Shown piece by piece: positions 52,977 to 62,086 of a stretch of DNA of 64,000 nt. Origin of the DNA: Actinomycetota bacterium (GTDB lineage: Bacteria > Actinomycetota > Actinomycetes > Actinomycetales > Microbacteriaceae); assembly GCA_039804775.1 (NCBI GenBank), contig JBDLVN010000062.1, positions 10,110-74,109 of the forward strand, written 5' to 3'. The first letter of the stretch is position 1; every line of letters starts with the position of its first letter. The notes below the pieces were generated by a model that saw only the letters and a program-made list of their open reading frames with translations, was not told the origin of the DNA and ran no database searches. The position numbers were made by a program, and so were the translations under genes.

Positions 52977-54063
52977 GCGCAGAGCTTTGGCTACCCAGAT
53001 TGATGCTTCGAACCTGGCTTTTCCGCGTCGCGAATCAACCTCCGACGTCAACTGGCAGCTAGGGCGTCGCGCCGTTTCGCTCGACGTCAACCTCAAGCAG
53101 GTCGTTGACGATTCGGGTGAGGCGCATGCTTATTCGGCACTGGTGATTGCCACCGGTCTGCGCCCAAAACAGCTCGATATCGCTCGGGGGCTGCGCGGCG
53201 TGCACGTTCTGCGAACCCTTGATGACGCGGTTGCCCTGCGCGGTGATTTAACGCCTGGCGCAAAAGTTGTGATTCTGGGGTCTGGTTTCATCGGCTGCGA
53301 AGTCGCTGCGACGGCAAACAAACTCGAGTGTTCGGTCACAGTTGTGAGCTCAAGCCGCCAGCCGCTCGAACGCGTGCTGGGTGCTGATTTTGCCGGCGAG
53401 ATTCAGCGCCGCCACGAAGCTCACGGAGTTCGCTTCGTTTTCGAAACCGACATCGCGGATGTTTCAACTGCTGGTTCAGGCAAGAGCTCAAGCATCAACG
53501 GGCTGACCTTGCGAAACGGCGAGCGCCTCGAGTGCGAGGTTTTGGTCGTCGCAATCGGATCGATCGCCAACACCGATTGGCTGGCAGACTCGCAGATTGA
53601 CATCACCGATGGCGTTCTGACGAACAACGCGATGCAGGCTCTTGACGCTGCCGGGCAGGTGGTTGCTGACGTCTATGCCATTGGCGATGTGGCCCGTTTT
53701 GCCAACCCGCTCTTCGACGATGTCGCTCGTCGAGTTGAGCACTGGAACATTCCGTCAGAAACCGCAAAGCGCGCGGCGAAGGTTATTGCTGCTGGTCTTG
53801 CAAATGATGGCGCGTTGACGGGCACTGTTGCCGCTGAGACATTCGCTCCCCTCCCATCGTTCTGGAGCGACCCGTTCGAAATGAACATCTTGGGCTTCGG
53901 CAGCCCTGCCCGCGCCGACGAAGCAAAACTACTCGAAGGTGAATTGAGCGGCGACTTTATCTTTGGTTATTACAAACAAGGGCGCTTAGTTGGTGTGGCA
54001 GGCATTGGCATGAAGGGTCGCATTCAGAGCTACCGAACCCAGTTCGTGCTGCCTGAGGCATAG
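52975..54063 (+). pseudogene. 5'-truncated FAD/NAD(P)-dependent ferredoxin-reductase-like gene
   Basis: Homology to the pyridine-nucleotide-disulfide reductase family starts near 53030 (NWQLGRRAVSLD...LVIATG). The NAD-binding motif VVILGSGFIGCEVA is present. The N-terminal FAD-binding GxGxxG beta-alpha-beta unit (about 50-70 aa) is absent. Confidence 0.55.
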
Positions 54064-54102
54064 GCGCGTAACTTTGGGCGCCTAGATTTGGGCGTCTAAC
54101 TG

Positions 54103-54175
54103 AGCCGCCTAGCAGAATCGAACTGCTGACCTGCTCTTTACGAGGGAGCTGCTCTACCAACTGAGCTAAGGCGGC
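54103..54175 (-). tRNA. tRNA-Thr (anticodon CGT)
   Basis: Minus strand reads GCCGCCT-TA-GCTC-AGTTGGTA-GAGC-A-GCTCC-CTCGTAA-AGAGC-AGGTC-AGCAG-TTCGATT-CTGCT-AGGCGGC-T. The cloverleaf folds with one C-A mismatch at 31-39. CCA is not encoded. Confidence 0.93.
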
Positions 54176-54221
54176 GGGCTGCGCTGACCATAGCCTGCGC
54201 AACGAGTAAAAGTTTAGCCGA

Positions 54222-55337
54222 TTGGCGGAACAGCCAAAATTTCATCGTCAAATTGATTGGTTGAGTAACCTTGAAAGCATGCAAAAACGATTCTTAGCGG
54301 TTTTATCTGACGCGCCGTTTGAGAGTGCTCCCGCAGACCGAGCACTGAATGATTTTGAAATCATGCCTTATGGGCTGGAACACATTCAGCGTCTCGGATA
54401 CTCTCCACTTAGCGCTCGCTACAAGTCAACAGCTGTCAGAAAAAAAATTAAAGACGTCATCGAGCATCGTCTTGGGTTCCCCGTGATTCTGACCTTGAAT
54501 TCTCTTTTTAACATCTATCGGTCTAAGTTCACACTCGCGATTCTGGAGCACAATGCCCTATTGGCGCTGCGATTGAAGGGCTTGCCTATTGGCCCAGTTC
54601 GAAAAGCCCGTGTCATAGTCATGGTCTGTTGGCTTGCAGAGCGGCTCCCTAAACTCCAACCAAAACAGGTTGCTCATTGGGTCAAGTTGCTAAATCGCGC
54701 GACCGCGATAACGGTCTGGAGCGACAACCAAGTTGAGATTCTGGAATCTTTCGGAGTTGAAAGAAAGAAAATAAGATCAATAACCTTTGGGGTTAGCCTT
54801 TGGTTCGATGGTGATGCTGCGGCCGATCGCCCAGTCGATGTTTTTGCCATTGGTCAAGACCTTGGGCGAGATTACAAAACTTTCTTCGATGCGGTGCGCG
54901 ACCAAAACATCAAAGTGCTGCTTGCATGCAAACAAGTCAACCTGCAAGGTCTTGATATTCCAAAAAACGTTGAGGTTCTTGGTTTTATAGATAAGGACCG
55001 ATATCGTGCACTTTTGCGCTCTGCAAAAGTAGTGGTCGTTCCAACATTTGGCTTTGCCTATCCAACCGGCCAAACCGTTGCGCTTGAAGGCGCGATTGCC
55101 GGTGCCGCCATAGTCGTGAGCGATTCATTGCCGATGCGGCAATACTTTGAAAAAGATTTGACGGCAAAAATGCCTGCGGTGGGTGATGCCATTGCAATGC
55201 GCACTGCCCTAAACGACCTACTGGGCGACGCCTCGAAGCGCATAAAAATGGCTGAACAAGGTCAGCAAAAGGCTAAAGCTAAGTTCGTGAACTCTATGAT
55301 GTGGAACGAAGTCGCCGAAATGTTAGATTCACTATAG
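54222..55337 (+). CDS. GT-B-type glycosyltransferase
   Basis: 371 aa. The C-terminal half (VVVPTFGFAYPTGQTVALEGAIAGAAIVVSD) is GT1/GT4-like. The start is uncertain: TTG at 54222 or ATG at 54279. Confidence 0.7.
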   Translation: MAEQPKFHRQIDWLSNLESMQKRFLAVLSDAPFESAPADRALNDFEIMPYGLEHIQRLGYSPLSARYKSTAVRKKIKDVIEHRLGFPVILTLNSLFNIYRSKFTLAILEHNALLALRLKGLPIGPVRKARVIVMVCWLAERLPKLQPKQVAHWVKLLNRATAITVWSDNQVEILESFGVERKKIRSITFGVSLWFDGDAAADRPVDVFAIGQDLGRDYKTFFDAVRDQNIKVLLACKQVNLQGLDIPKNVEVLGFIDKDRYRALLRSAKVVVVPTFGFAYPTGQTVALEGAIAGAAIVVSDSLPMRQYFEKDLTAKMPAVGDAIAMRTALNDLLGDASKRIKMAEQGQQKAKAKFVNSMMWNEVAEMLDSL

Positions 55338-55352
55338 AACGGTACCGGCGTG

Positions 55353-56507
55353 CTAACTTTGCCGGGCCTCCAGCCAGGATGTTATTTTTGGCCTCAGTTT
55401 TTTTAGCGCGGGCTTTTCAACAAGAAACCAACTTGAAACTGCCAAGACTCCTGAGATTGATAACGCTTGGCAAAAAAAGACCCAGACGTTTGTAGAGGCA
55501 TTACCGGTTGCAATAAGAAATTGCTGAATCGGAAAAGCGTAGATGTATAGCCCAAAAGAAAAGTCATTATTGACGAAAAAACTCGGGCTCTTTAGGCGTG
55601 AACCCAAATACAAGAGAACATAGCCCCAGAATATGGGGGCCATCCACGAATAATTCTTTGTCTCAAGTGATAGATACAAAAGTGCGACTGAGGGCAATGC
55701 TAGCCAGATTCTCAAAGGGATGTTGTGGCTAAATAGGCAAAGCAGAGCTCCGACAGAGAACATGAGCCCTAGGCGCGAGCCCGTGCTCAAGAGGTCAAAA
55801 ATAAAGTTCGAACTAAATACCGACAGGCTGGCAGCAACAATGAGAAAGTTGGCGACCGTTGCCAAAATGGCAAAGCTGATAAGTATGGGTTTTGAAATCT
55901 TCATTCGCCTCGACACGAACCAGATGATCAGATACGCCAGAACTTCCCATTGAAGTGACCATAACGAACCATTCCAAGATCGCGAGACGGGGTTCTCTGC
56001 CAACAGGGTTGAGATTCCCCATTTCATGGGAAAAAGAAACATGTTTGCCAGAACATAAAACGGGGCCTCGAACCACGCTAGCTTCACAGATTCGTGAGAG
56101 GCGATTATTGGCGCAAGCACAAAAGCTGTAAAACATAAGCAGATAAATAGCCCAGGAAAAATTCTCGAAACGCGGTTGGTCGCAAAATGAACAAAACTTT
56201 TTGAGCGTTGAGCGCTGCTAAAAACTAAAAACCCAGAAATCACGAAAAAGCCATCGACCATGACTGAACCCGACAGCAGGTATTGCAAGGCAATGGGTAG
56301 GTTTGGCAAGGGGGTGGTCTGTAGAGCAAAACTGTGCCACAGCAACACTCCAGTTGCCAGGGCCATTCGCAATAGGTTGAGGGAGTTTTTTCGATTCTCG
56401 AATAGCTCAGAAAGCAAAAAAATCACCCCGTTCGAATAAAGGTAATGAAGTTCTGTTCGAGACTGTCGTTGCATTGGGGGCTTTAGATAGACGTGGGTTC
56501 TCGACAA
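55353..56507 (-). CDS. acyltransferase family 3 membrane protein
   Basis: 384 aa, about 10 TM segments. N-terminal NSLNLLRMALATGVLLWHSF (conserved His) and FPIQQ near the C-terminus. Confidence 0.8.
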   Translation of the reverse strand: MSRTHVYLKPPMQRQSRTELHYLYSNGVIFLLSELFENRKNSLNLLRMALATGVLLWHSFALQTTPLPNLPIALQYLLSGSVMVDGFFVISGFLVFSSAQRSKSFVHFATNRVSRIFPGLFICLCFTAFVLAPIIASHESVKLAWFEAPFYVLANMFLFPMKWGISTLLAENPVSRSWNGSLWSLQWEVLAYLIIWFVSRRMKISKPILISFAILATVANFLIVAASLSVFSSNFIFDLLSTGSRLGLMFSVGALLCLFSHNIPLRIWLALPSVALLYLSLETKNYSWMAPIFWGYVLLYLGSRLKSPSFFVNNDFSFGLYIYAFPIQQFLIATGNASTNVWVFFCQALSISGVLAVSSWFLVEKPALKKLRPKITSWLEARQS

Positions 56508-56519
56508 TGACTAGAGACA

Positions 56520-57632
56520 TCATGATTCTTTCCAGACTGCGCTAGAGTGCTGACTGAGCCAGTTGGAAACAAACGGTTTGACTCTGTTCATGGCAGGTTT
56601 CTCAATGAATCGCCAACTCAAGAAAGCCATTGCCAAAGTTAAGATTGCAGCCTCAAGCGTTAAAAGCCAAGGTTGGCCGAAGTTGAGGTTTGCGAGCACA
56701 AATAGTTGTTGAATCGGAAAAGCGTAAATATAAACACCATATGAAAGGTCATTACGCTGCAACCATGCCGGTGAAAGCAGGAGGTTTCCTGCGCAGAGGA
56801 GTAGGTAGGCTAACGGAACTCCCCCAAGGGTTCTGTAATTAGGCAACATCGTGCACCCTACAAAAAGAGCCGCACACACCAAGGCTATTCTTGGCGAAAC
56901 TTTGATTTGATTCGAAAAGCGATAGAAAGCCACACCGATAAGAAACATGAAGCCTAAGCGCGAGCCGTCAACGATTAGCTCAGTTGCTTCGCTTGGCAGA
57001 GAACTAAAGACTTGAGTTGAGCTTGCTAGGTAGTCAGTAATGCCATAAAACGAGGCTAGAAGAACCACGAACCAGTTTGGTTGACTTCTCCATCTCATGA
57101 GCAACCAAAGACTAATGTAGGCAAGAACCTCCCACCTGAGTGTCCACAGAGAACCGTTGATCCACAAAGTAAATGGAACGTTAGTTAGAAGACCGCCAAT
57201 CATTGCTTGGCCTGGCCAAGTCAAGAAGTTGAAAGCTATGTAATGAAGTGGTTGGTACCACTTCAGAGGCACGTCTTCAATGACAGACATGATAGGTGCA
57301 ATAAGAAAGCCTGAAATGAGTAGGCAGACAAACAAGCCAGGAAAAATTCGGAATATTCTATTCAGAGCAAAGCTTGAAAAGCTGCGTGAAACAGCCGCGC
57401 TTCTGCCAACCAAAAAACCTGAAAGCGCGAAAAAACCGTCAACCATCACCCCGCCAGAAAAGAGTGTCGCCACAAATTGGAACTGCCCCCAATCTTGTGG
57501 CGTGCCCGACAGCGGAAAACTGTGCGAGGCCAAAACGCTGATAGCTAGAAAGAGTCTGACCAGGTTTAAGGAGTTTGAGCGATTGTTGAATAAATCAGAC
57601 AAACGACTTTGCGTCGGTTCAGCTGCCTTCAC
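56520..57632 (-). CDS. acyltransferase family 3 membrane protein (tandem paralog)
   Basis: 370 aa. NSLNLVRLFLAISVLASHSF and YIYAFPIQQ, collinear with the neighbouring paralog. Confidence 0.8.
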   Translation of the reverse strand: MKAAEPTQSRLSDLFNNRSNSLNLVRLFLAISVLASHSFPLSGTPQDWGQFQFVATLFSGGVMVDGFFALSGFLVGRSAAVSRSFSSFALNRIFRIFPGLFVCLLISGFLIAPIMSVIEDVPLKWYQPLHYIAFNFLTWPGQAMIGGLLTNVPFTLWINGSLWTLRWEVLAYISLWLLMRWRSQPNWFVVLLASFYGITDYLASSTQVFSSLPSEATELIVDGSRLGFMFLIGVAFYRFSNQIKVSPRIALVCAALFVGCTMLPNYRTLGGVPLAYLLLCAGNLLLSPAWLQRNDLSYGVYIYAFPIQQLFVLANLNFGQPWLLTLEAAILTLAMAFLSWRFIEKPAMNRVKPFVSNWLSQHSSAVWKES

Positions 57633-57839
57633 AATGGTGACCTCTCGGAGTTTGCGTCTGACGGAGTTCTGCTCTTGGGCCTTTTTTGATTTGAAACTCG
57701 CTGAAATACTTGCCTAAAAAACCATGCACCCTGGCCACCAAGAAATTGATTCGCTTTTTTAGTCTAGCAAAACGACAAATTGCCACTTAGTTCATTCGGT
57801 TGTTGACAGCTGTGATTCGCGCCAAATTGAAACGAAAAA

Positions 57840-58778
57840 TCATGCGTTGAGGTGAGCTTCGCCTGTCACTCGACGCAGGCGCGCGAGCGCTGCCTCAACG
57901 ATTGGCGAGCGGTCGCCGATCAAGACCCTGATGCCTCGCAGGCCTGAGCCAACTAGCGGAACGATGATGCTCTTGGGCAGCAGCGCCCGCACGCCAAGCA
58001 TTTGGCGAATGTTTAGCGGCAGCGTTTGAACCGCGCCCTGAAACAAGAACCAGTAGGCAAGACGCGTCGCTGGTTTTAGCGGCGGTCTGCGAATGAACTT
58101 GACGACATCGCGAGTTTGGTCGGTGCTAACCAAAACTCCGTCGGCAATAAGCTGCTGAATCTCGGCGTGCATGGCGTCGGCAGTGGTCGGCAGCGTAGCC
58201 GGGTCAAGGCCGAGCAACTCAACCGAACGCGCCCACTGTGCCACATAGTTGTCTGCGCCGCCGGGAATCTCTTCGCGAGAAAACATTTGGTGACTTGTCA
58301 AAAACGCATCGCAAAAAGCAATGTGAACCCAGCGCAAAAGATCAGTCTGGCGAGCACTATAAGCCAATCGCTCCCCCGAGCCCGATGTGTAATCACCGTT
58401 CACCCGATCGTGCAGTCGATTCACACGGCTCGCCTCGCCAGCAACCGCCGCGGTTGAACCATAAGTCGTCACGGTTAGCCAGCGAATGGTTCCTGCGAGT
58501 CTGCCGAGGGCATCTTCTTTATATCTCGAATGCTGCGCAACGCCTGCGAGCGACCCTGGGTGAAGTGCCTGCAACAAAAGCGCGCGGATTCCTCCCACAA
58601 GCGTTGCCATGTCGTTGTGAACCAACCATGGCGCGTCACTGGGCAAGAACAAACCCGCAGTGTCACCCTCGGCGACAACTTCGAGCCACGGAGGTGCGCC
58701 AGTTGGCGAACCCGAGAGCAGCTGAACAAATTTCACAGCCATTTTTTGCTGAAAAGTACTGGTTTTTGGCTGAGCCAT
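57840..58778 (-). CDS. MpaB/DUF2236-family oxygenase-like protein
   Basis: 312 aa. The overall pattern (GGIRALLLQALHP..., LLRWVHIAF) is recalled from the DUF2236 family. Moderate certainty. Confidence 0.6.
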   Translation of the reverse strand: MAQPKTSTFQQKMAVKFVQLLSGSPTGAPPWLEVVAEGDTAGLFLPSDAPWLVHNDMATLVGGIRALLLQALHPGSLAGVAQHSRYKEDALGRLAGTIRWLTVTTYGSTAAVAGEASRVNRLHDRVNGDYTSGSGERLAYSARQTDLLRWVHIAFCDAFLTSHQMFSREEIPGGADNYVAQWARSVELLGLDPATLPTTADAMHAEIQQLIADGVLVSTDQTRDVVKFIRRPPLKPATRLAYWFLFQGAVQTLPLNIRQMLGVRALLPKSIIVPLVGSGLRGIRVLIGDRSPIVEAALARLRRVTGEAHLNA

Positions 58779-58849
58779 ATCTAACCTTTAAGAGTCTGCA
58801 TTTTGAGATTTGGCAGAACTACGATTTTTATTTCTAGAAAGTAGCAACT

Positions 58850-59224
58850 ATGAACACCGCCGAACTAATCCAACAGTGGAACAAATTGCGCGACCAGGTG
58901 ATTATTGCCCAGCTGGCGCCCAGCGCTTTGTTGATCACAAGCGTTGCACTTTTGCAGTTTGGTTTGGCCGACGCAAGGCTCTGGGTGAAGCTGGCTTTTG
59001 CGGGAATTTTGCTAGCGTCGGGCATCTTGGGCGCATTGGCTGAATATGCTGCCGCCACTGAAGCGATGGCAGTCGCAGCAGACATCACCTCGGCTGGCGT
59101 TGACTCTCGTCAAGCCAAGCAAATCATTGCCTTTAGCCCATGGTTGAATGTGGTTCGCTTCGTTACACCTGCGATTTTTGTAGCAATCTTTGGCGCGATT
59201 CTTTTTGCGCTATTTCTTGTCTAA
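58850..59224 (+). CDS. small membrane protein, unknown function
   Basis: 124 aa with three hydrophobic helices. Confidence 0.5.
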   Translation: MNTAELIQQWNKLRDQVIIAQLAPSALLITSVALLQFGLADARLWVKLAFAGILLASGILGALAEYAAATEAMAVAADITSAGVDSRQAKQIIAFSPWLNVVRFVTPAIFVAIFGAILFALFLV

Positions 59225-59254
59225 GGCAGAGGTTTGGGCCAAAGCGGTGCGGGT

Positions 59255-60922
59255 CTAGCACTTAGGGTCTTTTGTCGGCACAATCGACTTGATGAAATAG
59301 TTGTCAACTGCGTTAGAAACGCAACTGTTGCTGCGGCCATAGGCGGTGTGACCGTCGCCGTTCCAGGTGACTAGCTGGGCGTTTGTCAGCACGTCGTTTG
59401 CCACGTGAACAGCCTGCGAATAAGGCGTTGCAGGGTCACCCGTAGTGCCGATAACCAAGATTGGTGCCGAGCCCTCAGACGCATAACTTGCTGGTGGTGT
59501 GATGCTCTCATAAGGCCAAGCCGAGCACTGCAATGCGCCATATTGCCAGTAACGGCCTAGAGTCGGGCTGGCTTTTAGCATGACTTTATTTTGCTCCACC
59601 ATGTCTGCCATTTCGCTCGATGGGCGACCGTCAAGGCAGCTGATTGCTGTGTTTGCCTCGAGCGTGTTGGCTGAGTAGTTGCCTTTGTCGTCGCGATCGT
59701 TATAGAAATCGGCAAGTGCCAAGAAAGTCGAACCGTCTGAAGAGTTGAAGGCTTCGTCAAAAGCTTGGTTCAAATAAGGCCAATAGTCTGTCGAATAAAG
59801 TGCCAACATCATTCCGGTTTCGGCTGGCCAAAGAGTTAGCGGGCGATCTGGGTTTGAAGTCTCGAGATTATGCGTTTCTAGATTGCGCAAGAACGACTTA
59901 ACGGTGGCAAGAGCATGCTTGAGATTGCCGCTAAACGGGCAAGCAACTTTTTTAGCATTCTTGAGGCAATCTTTTAGAAACGCCTTCAATTGGCCATCAA
60001 AACCTGTGAGCTGAGCGGCGCTTTGCTGCTCACTGCTCATCGTTGGGTCCACCATGCCATCAAGCACAAGGTGACCGACTTTTTTCGGGAACAACGCGGC
60101 ATAAGTCAACCCCAAAAAGGTGCCATAGCTATAGCCCAAATAATTCAGGGTTTTGTCACCGAAGACTGAGCGCATGATGTCGATATCGCGGGCTGCCGAA
60201 ACCGTGTCAACGTGCGGCAGAATCTTGGTGCTGTTCTTTTTGCAACCCTCAGCAAAAAGCTTGACCTGTGCGCGCGAGTCAGCAAGGTCTGCTTCAGAAC
60301 CCAATGGGTGTTGCAGAGGACCATAGAGCAACGTGTCAGTTGTCTTGGCATCGAGACACTTGACCGGAGAGCTGTCACCGACACCGCGAGGGTCAAAGCC
60401 CACGATGTTGTAATTTGCTCGCAGATCGGCTGTGCCCAAACCTGAGTATCCGTCTTTGATCCACTGAACACCCGAAGCGCCTGGGCCACCAGGGTTGACA
60501 AAAATGGTTCCAAGGGCTTTTTCTTCAGACTTCTTAGCAGCCGCGAAAACCACTGCGAGGGTGATTGTTGCGCCCGTTGGGTCGGCATAATCAAGCGGAA
60601 CCATGACCTTGCCGCACTTGAAAGTGCCGTTGCATGTGACCAGCTCGAGCGGCTGTGAATAGAAACTTTGAAGTTCAGGCGTTGGCGCCGTTTCACCGAT
60701 GGCACTTGGCACACCGGTTGGCGCAGTGCCCTTGAAGAAGCCTTTGATGCTGGTGCAAGAACTGAGCAGCAGTGACACTGCGAGCGCGCCAGCAAGAACC
60801 TGCACGCCACGCTTGGCGAAGCCGCTGCGCTTAGCTAGGCAAGTGCGCTTGACTGAGCCGCCGAGATTGGCTGAGCCGCCGAGATTGGCTGAGCCGCCGT
60901 TCAGTAGGTTTTTGTTTTTCAA
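59255..60922 (-). CDS. alpha/beta hydrolase lipoprotein (tripeptidyl-aminopeptidase/TAP-like)
   Basis: 555 aa. Lipobox LLSSC, nucleophile elbow GYSYGT, and a C-terminal TAP-like region. Confidence 0.8.
   Translation of the reverse strand: MKNKNLLNGGSANLGGSANLGGSVKRTCLAKRSGFAKRGVQVLAGALAVSLLLSSCTSIKGFFKGTAPTGVPSAIGETAPTPELQSFYSQPLELVTCNGTFKCGKVMVPLDYADPTGATITLAVVFAAAKKSEEKALGTIFVNPGGPGASGVQWIKDGYSGLGTADLRANYNIVGFDPRGVGDSSPVKCLDAKTTDTLLYGPLQHPLGSEADLADSRAQVKLFAEGCKKNSTKILPHVDTVSAARDIDIMRSVFGDKTLNYLGYSYGTFLGLTYAALFPKKVGHLVLDGMVDPTMSSEQQSAAQLTGFDGQLKAFLKDCLKNAKKVACPFSGNLKHALATVKSFLRNLETHNLETSNPDRPLTLWPAETGMMLALYSTDYWPYLNQAFDEAFNSSDGSTFLALADFYNDRDDKGNYSANTLEANTAISCLDGRPSSEMADMVEQNKVMLKASPTLGRYWQYGALQCSAWPYESITPPASYASEGSAPILVIGTTGDPATPYSQAVHVANDVLTNAQLVTWNGDGHTAYGRSNSCVSNAVDNYFIKSIVPTKDPKC
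60853..60898 (-). repeat. perfect 18-bp tandem repeat (2.5 copies) in the hydrolase 5' end
   Basis: ctgagccgccgagattgg x2 plus ctgagccgcc. Encodes GGSANLGGSANLGGS ahead of the signal peptide. Confidence 0.9.
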
Positions 60923-62085
60923 CGAGTCGCCTTTCTGCGAAGTTGAACAGCTAGCGCCTCGAGGGCAACTAGGTCACGAACGTTTGACAGCACGCGAGTT
61001 CGAGCTTTTTCAATAGCCCCTAGACGATGAATCGTTTCTGATGACGAAATCTCGGCTGCCAACTCACGAATCTTGTCGGCAAGATCTTCATTAATCAAGG
61101 CGCTGCCAGTTTGCAGTTGCACAGTCAGCACGTCTCGATAGAGGGCGAGTAGGTCAACCAAAATGCGGTCGATGCCATCGCGCACACTTCGAGTTGAGCG
61201 ACGCTTTTGATCTTCTTCAAGGTTTTTGAAGTCAGTGCGATAAGCATTAGCAATGGCCTCAGTTTCGCCAAGACCAAGCTGACGGCGAAGTTCAAGTTTT
61301 TCTTCAGCATCGCGTTCTGTTGTGATTGCAGCCGCATCTTTGGTTGCCAAATCAAGCCAACGCTCGGCTGTGAACATGGCCGAACTCACGCTGTGAATGC
61401 TTAGCGCGGCAACGAGCGTGTCGCGTCTGCGACCGCGAGCCTCGAGCGAGGTTGCCAGCCGGCGAGCCATGCCGACGTGACTTTGAGCTTCGGCAGCAAC
61501 CTGGCGGGCGAGCCCAAGTTCAACGCCGTCGCGTTGCACCAACAGCTGCGCAACCTCTTCGACCCTGGGTACCTTGAGTGCAACGCGACGAACGCGTGAG
61601 CGAATGGTGGGCAGAAGATCTGCCTCGCTCGGTGCACACAGCAACCAGATTGTGCCAGCAGGTGGCTCTTCGAGAGCCTTGAGCAAAACGTTGGACGACC
61701 GCTCGGCCATGCGGTCGGCGTCTTCAATAATCAAAATGCGATAGTCGCCCATGCTCGCACCAAAATGTGAACCAGCCACCAATTCACGAATCTCGTCGAT
61801 GCCAATGATGACTTTTTCGGTAGTGAGCATTCGCACATCTGGGTGTTGTTTTTCGAGAACTCGCTTGCAAATGTCACAGTTGCCACAACCTTGGTCAGGG
61901 CAAAGTAATGCAGCCGCAAAAGCCAGAGCTAAGTTTGATCGGCCTGAACCCGGAGGACCAGTGAATAACCAAGCGTGGTGCACGCCCTCGGCGCGGTGAG
62001 CAACCGCTTTTTGCACCTGTTGCACGGCATCGCCTTGGCCAAGCAGGGTTTCATAAACCCCGTGAGTCAGTTGTGTGGCAGTCAT
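60919..62085 (-). CDS. holB: DNA polymerase III subunit delta'
   Basis: About 388 aa from the ATG at 62085, adjacent to the tmk stop. Walker A GPPGSGRS and Cys cluster CPDQGCGNCDIC. The track ORF extends to 62157. Confidence 0.85.
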   Translation of the reverse strand: MTATQLTHGVYETLLGQGDAVQQVQKAVAHRAEGVHHAWLFTGPPGSGRSNLALAFAAALLCPDQGCGNCDICKRVLEKQHPDVRMLTTEKVIIGIDEIRELVAGSHFGASMGDYRILIIEDADRMAERSSNVLLKALEEPPAGTIWLLCAPSEADLLPTIRSRVRRVALKVPRVEEVAQLLVQRDGVELGLARQVAAEAQSHVGMARRLATSLEARGRRRDTLVAALSIHSVSSAMFTAERWLDLATKDAAAITTERDAEEKLELRRQLGLGETEAIANAYRTDFKNLEEDQKRRSTRSVRDGIDRILVDLLALYRDVLTVQLQTGSALINEDLADKIRELAAEISSSETIHRLGAIEKARTRVLSNVRDLVALEALAVQLRRKATR

Positions 62086-62086
62086 G

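Noticed and set aside
52759-53030. N-terminal about 90 codons of the 434-aa plus-strand track ORF.
   Set aside because: Ser/Arg/Ala-rich low-complexity translation that is exactly antisense to a protein-like minus-strand ORF. Reductase similarity only begins near 53030, so I treat this part as a shadow frame.
53957-54202. 81-aa minus-strand ORF.
   Set aside because: It overlaps the tRNA-Thr gene (54103-54175) and the end of the reductase remnant. It is an artefact of an open frame across a structural RNA.
49060-57632. Integrative element or prophage at tRNA-Thr.
   Set aside because: No integrase, recombinase, phage structural genes or duplicated tRNA 3' segment (att-like direct repeat) could be found by eye. 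Only the compositional shift and the truncated gene support horizontal origin.
58238-58837. 199-aa plus-strand ORF opposite the MpaB-like gene.
   Set aside because: Arg/Ser/Pro-rich composition with no motifs. The minus-strand frame gives a coherent family-like protein.
60145-60810. 221-aa alternative-frame ORF within the hydrolase gene.
   Set aside because: It lies on the same strand as, and is fully contained in, a 555-aa ORF that has a lipobox and a GxSxG elbow. Its composition is junk-like.
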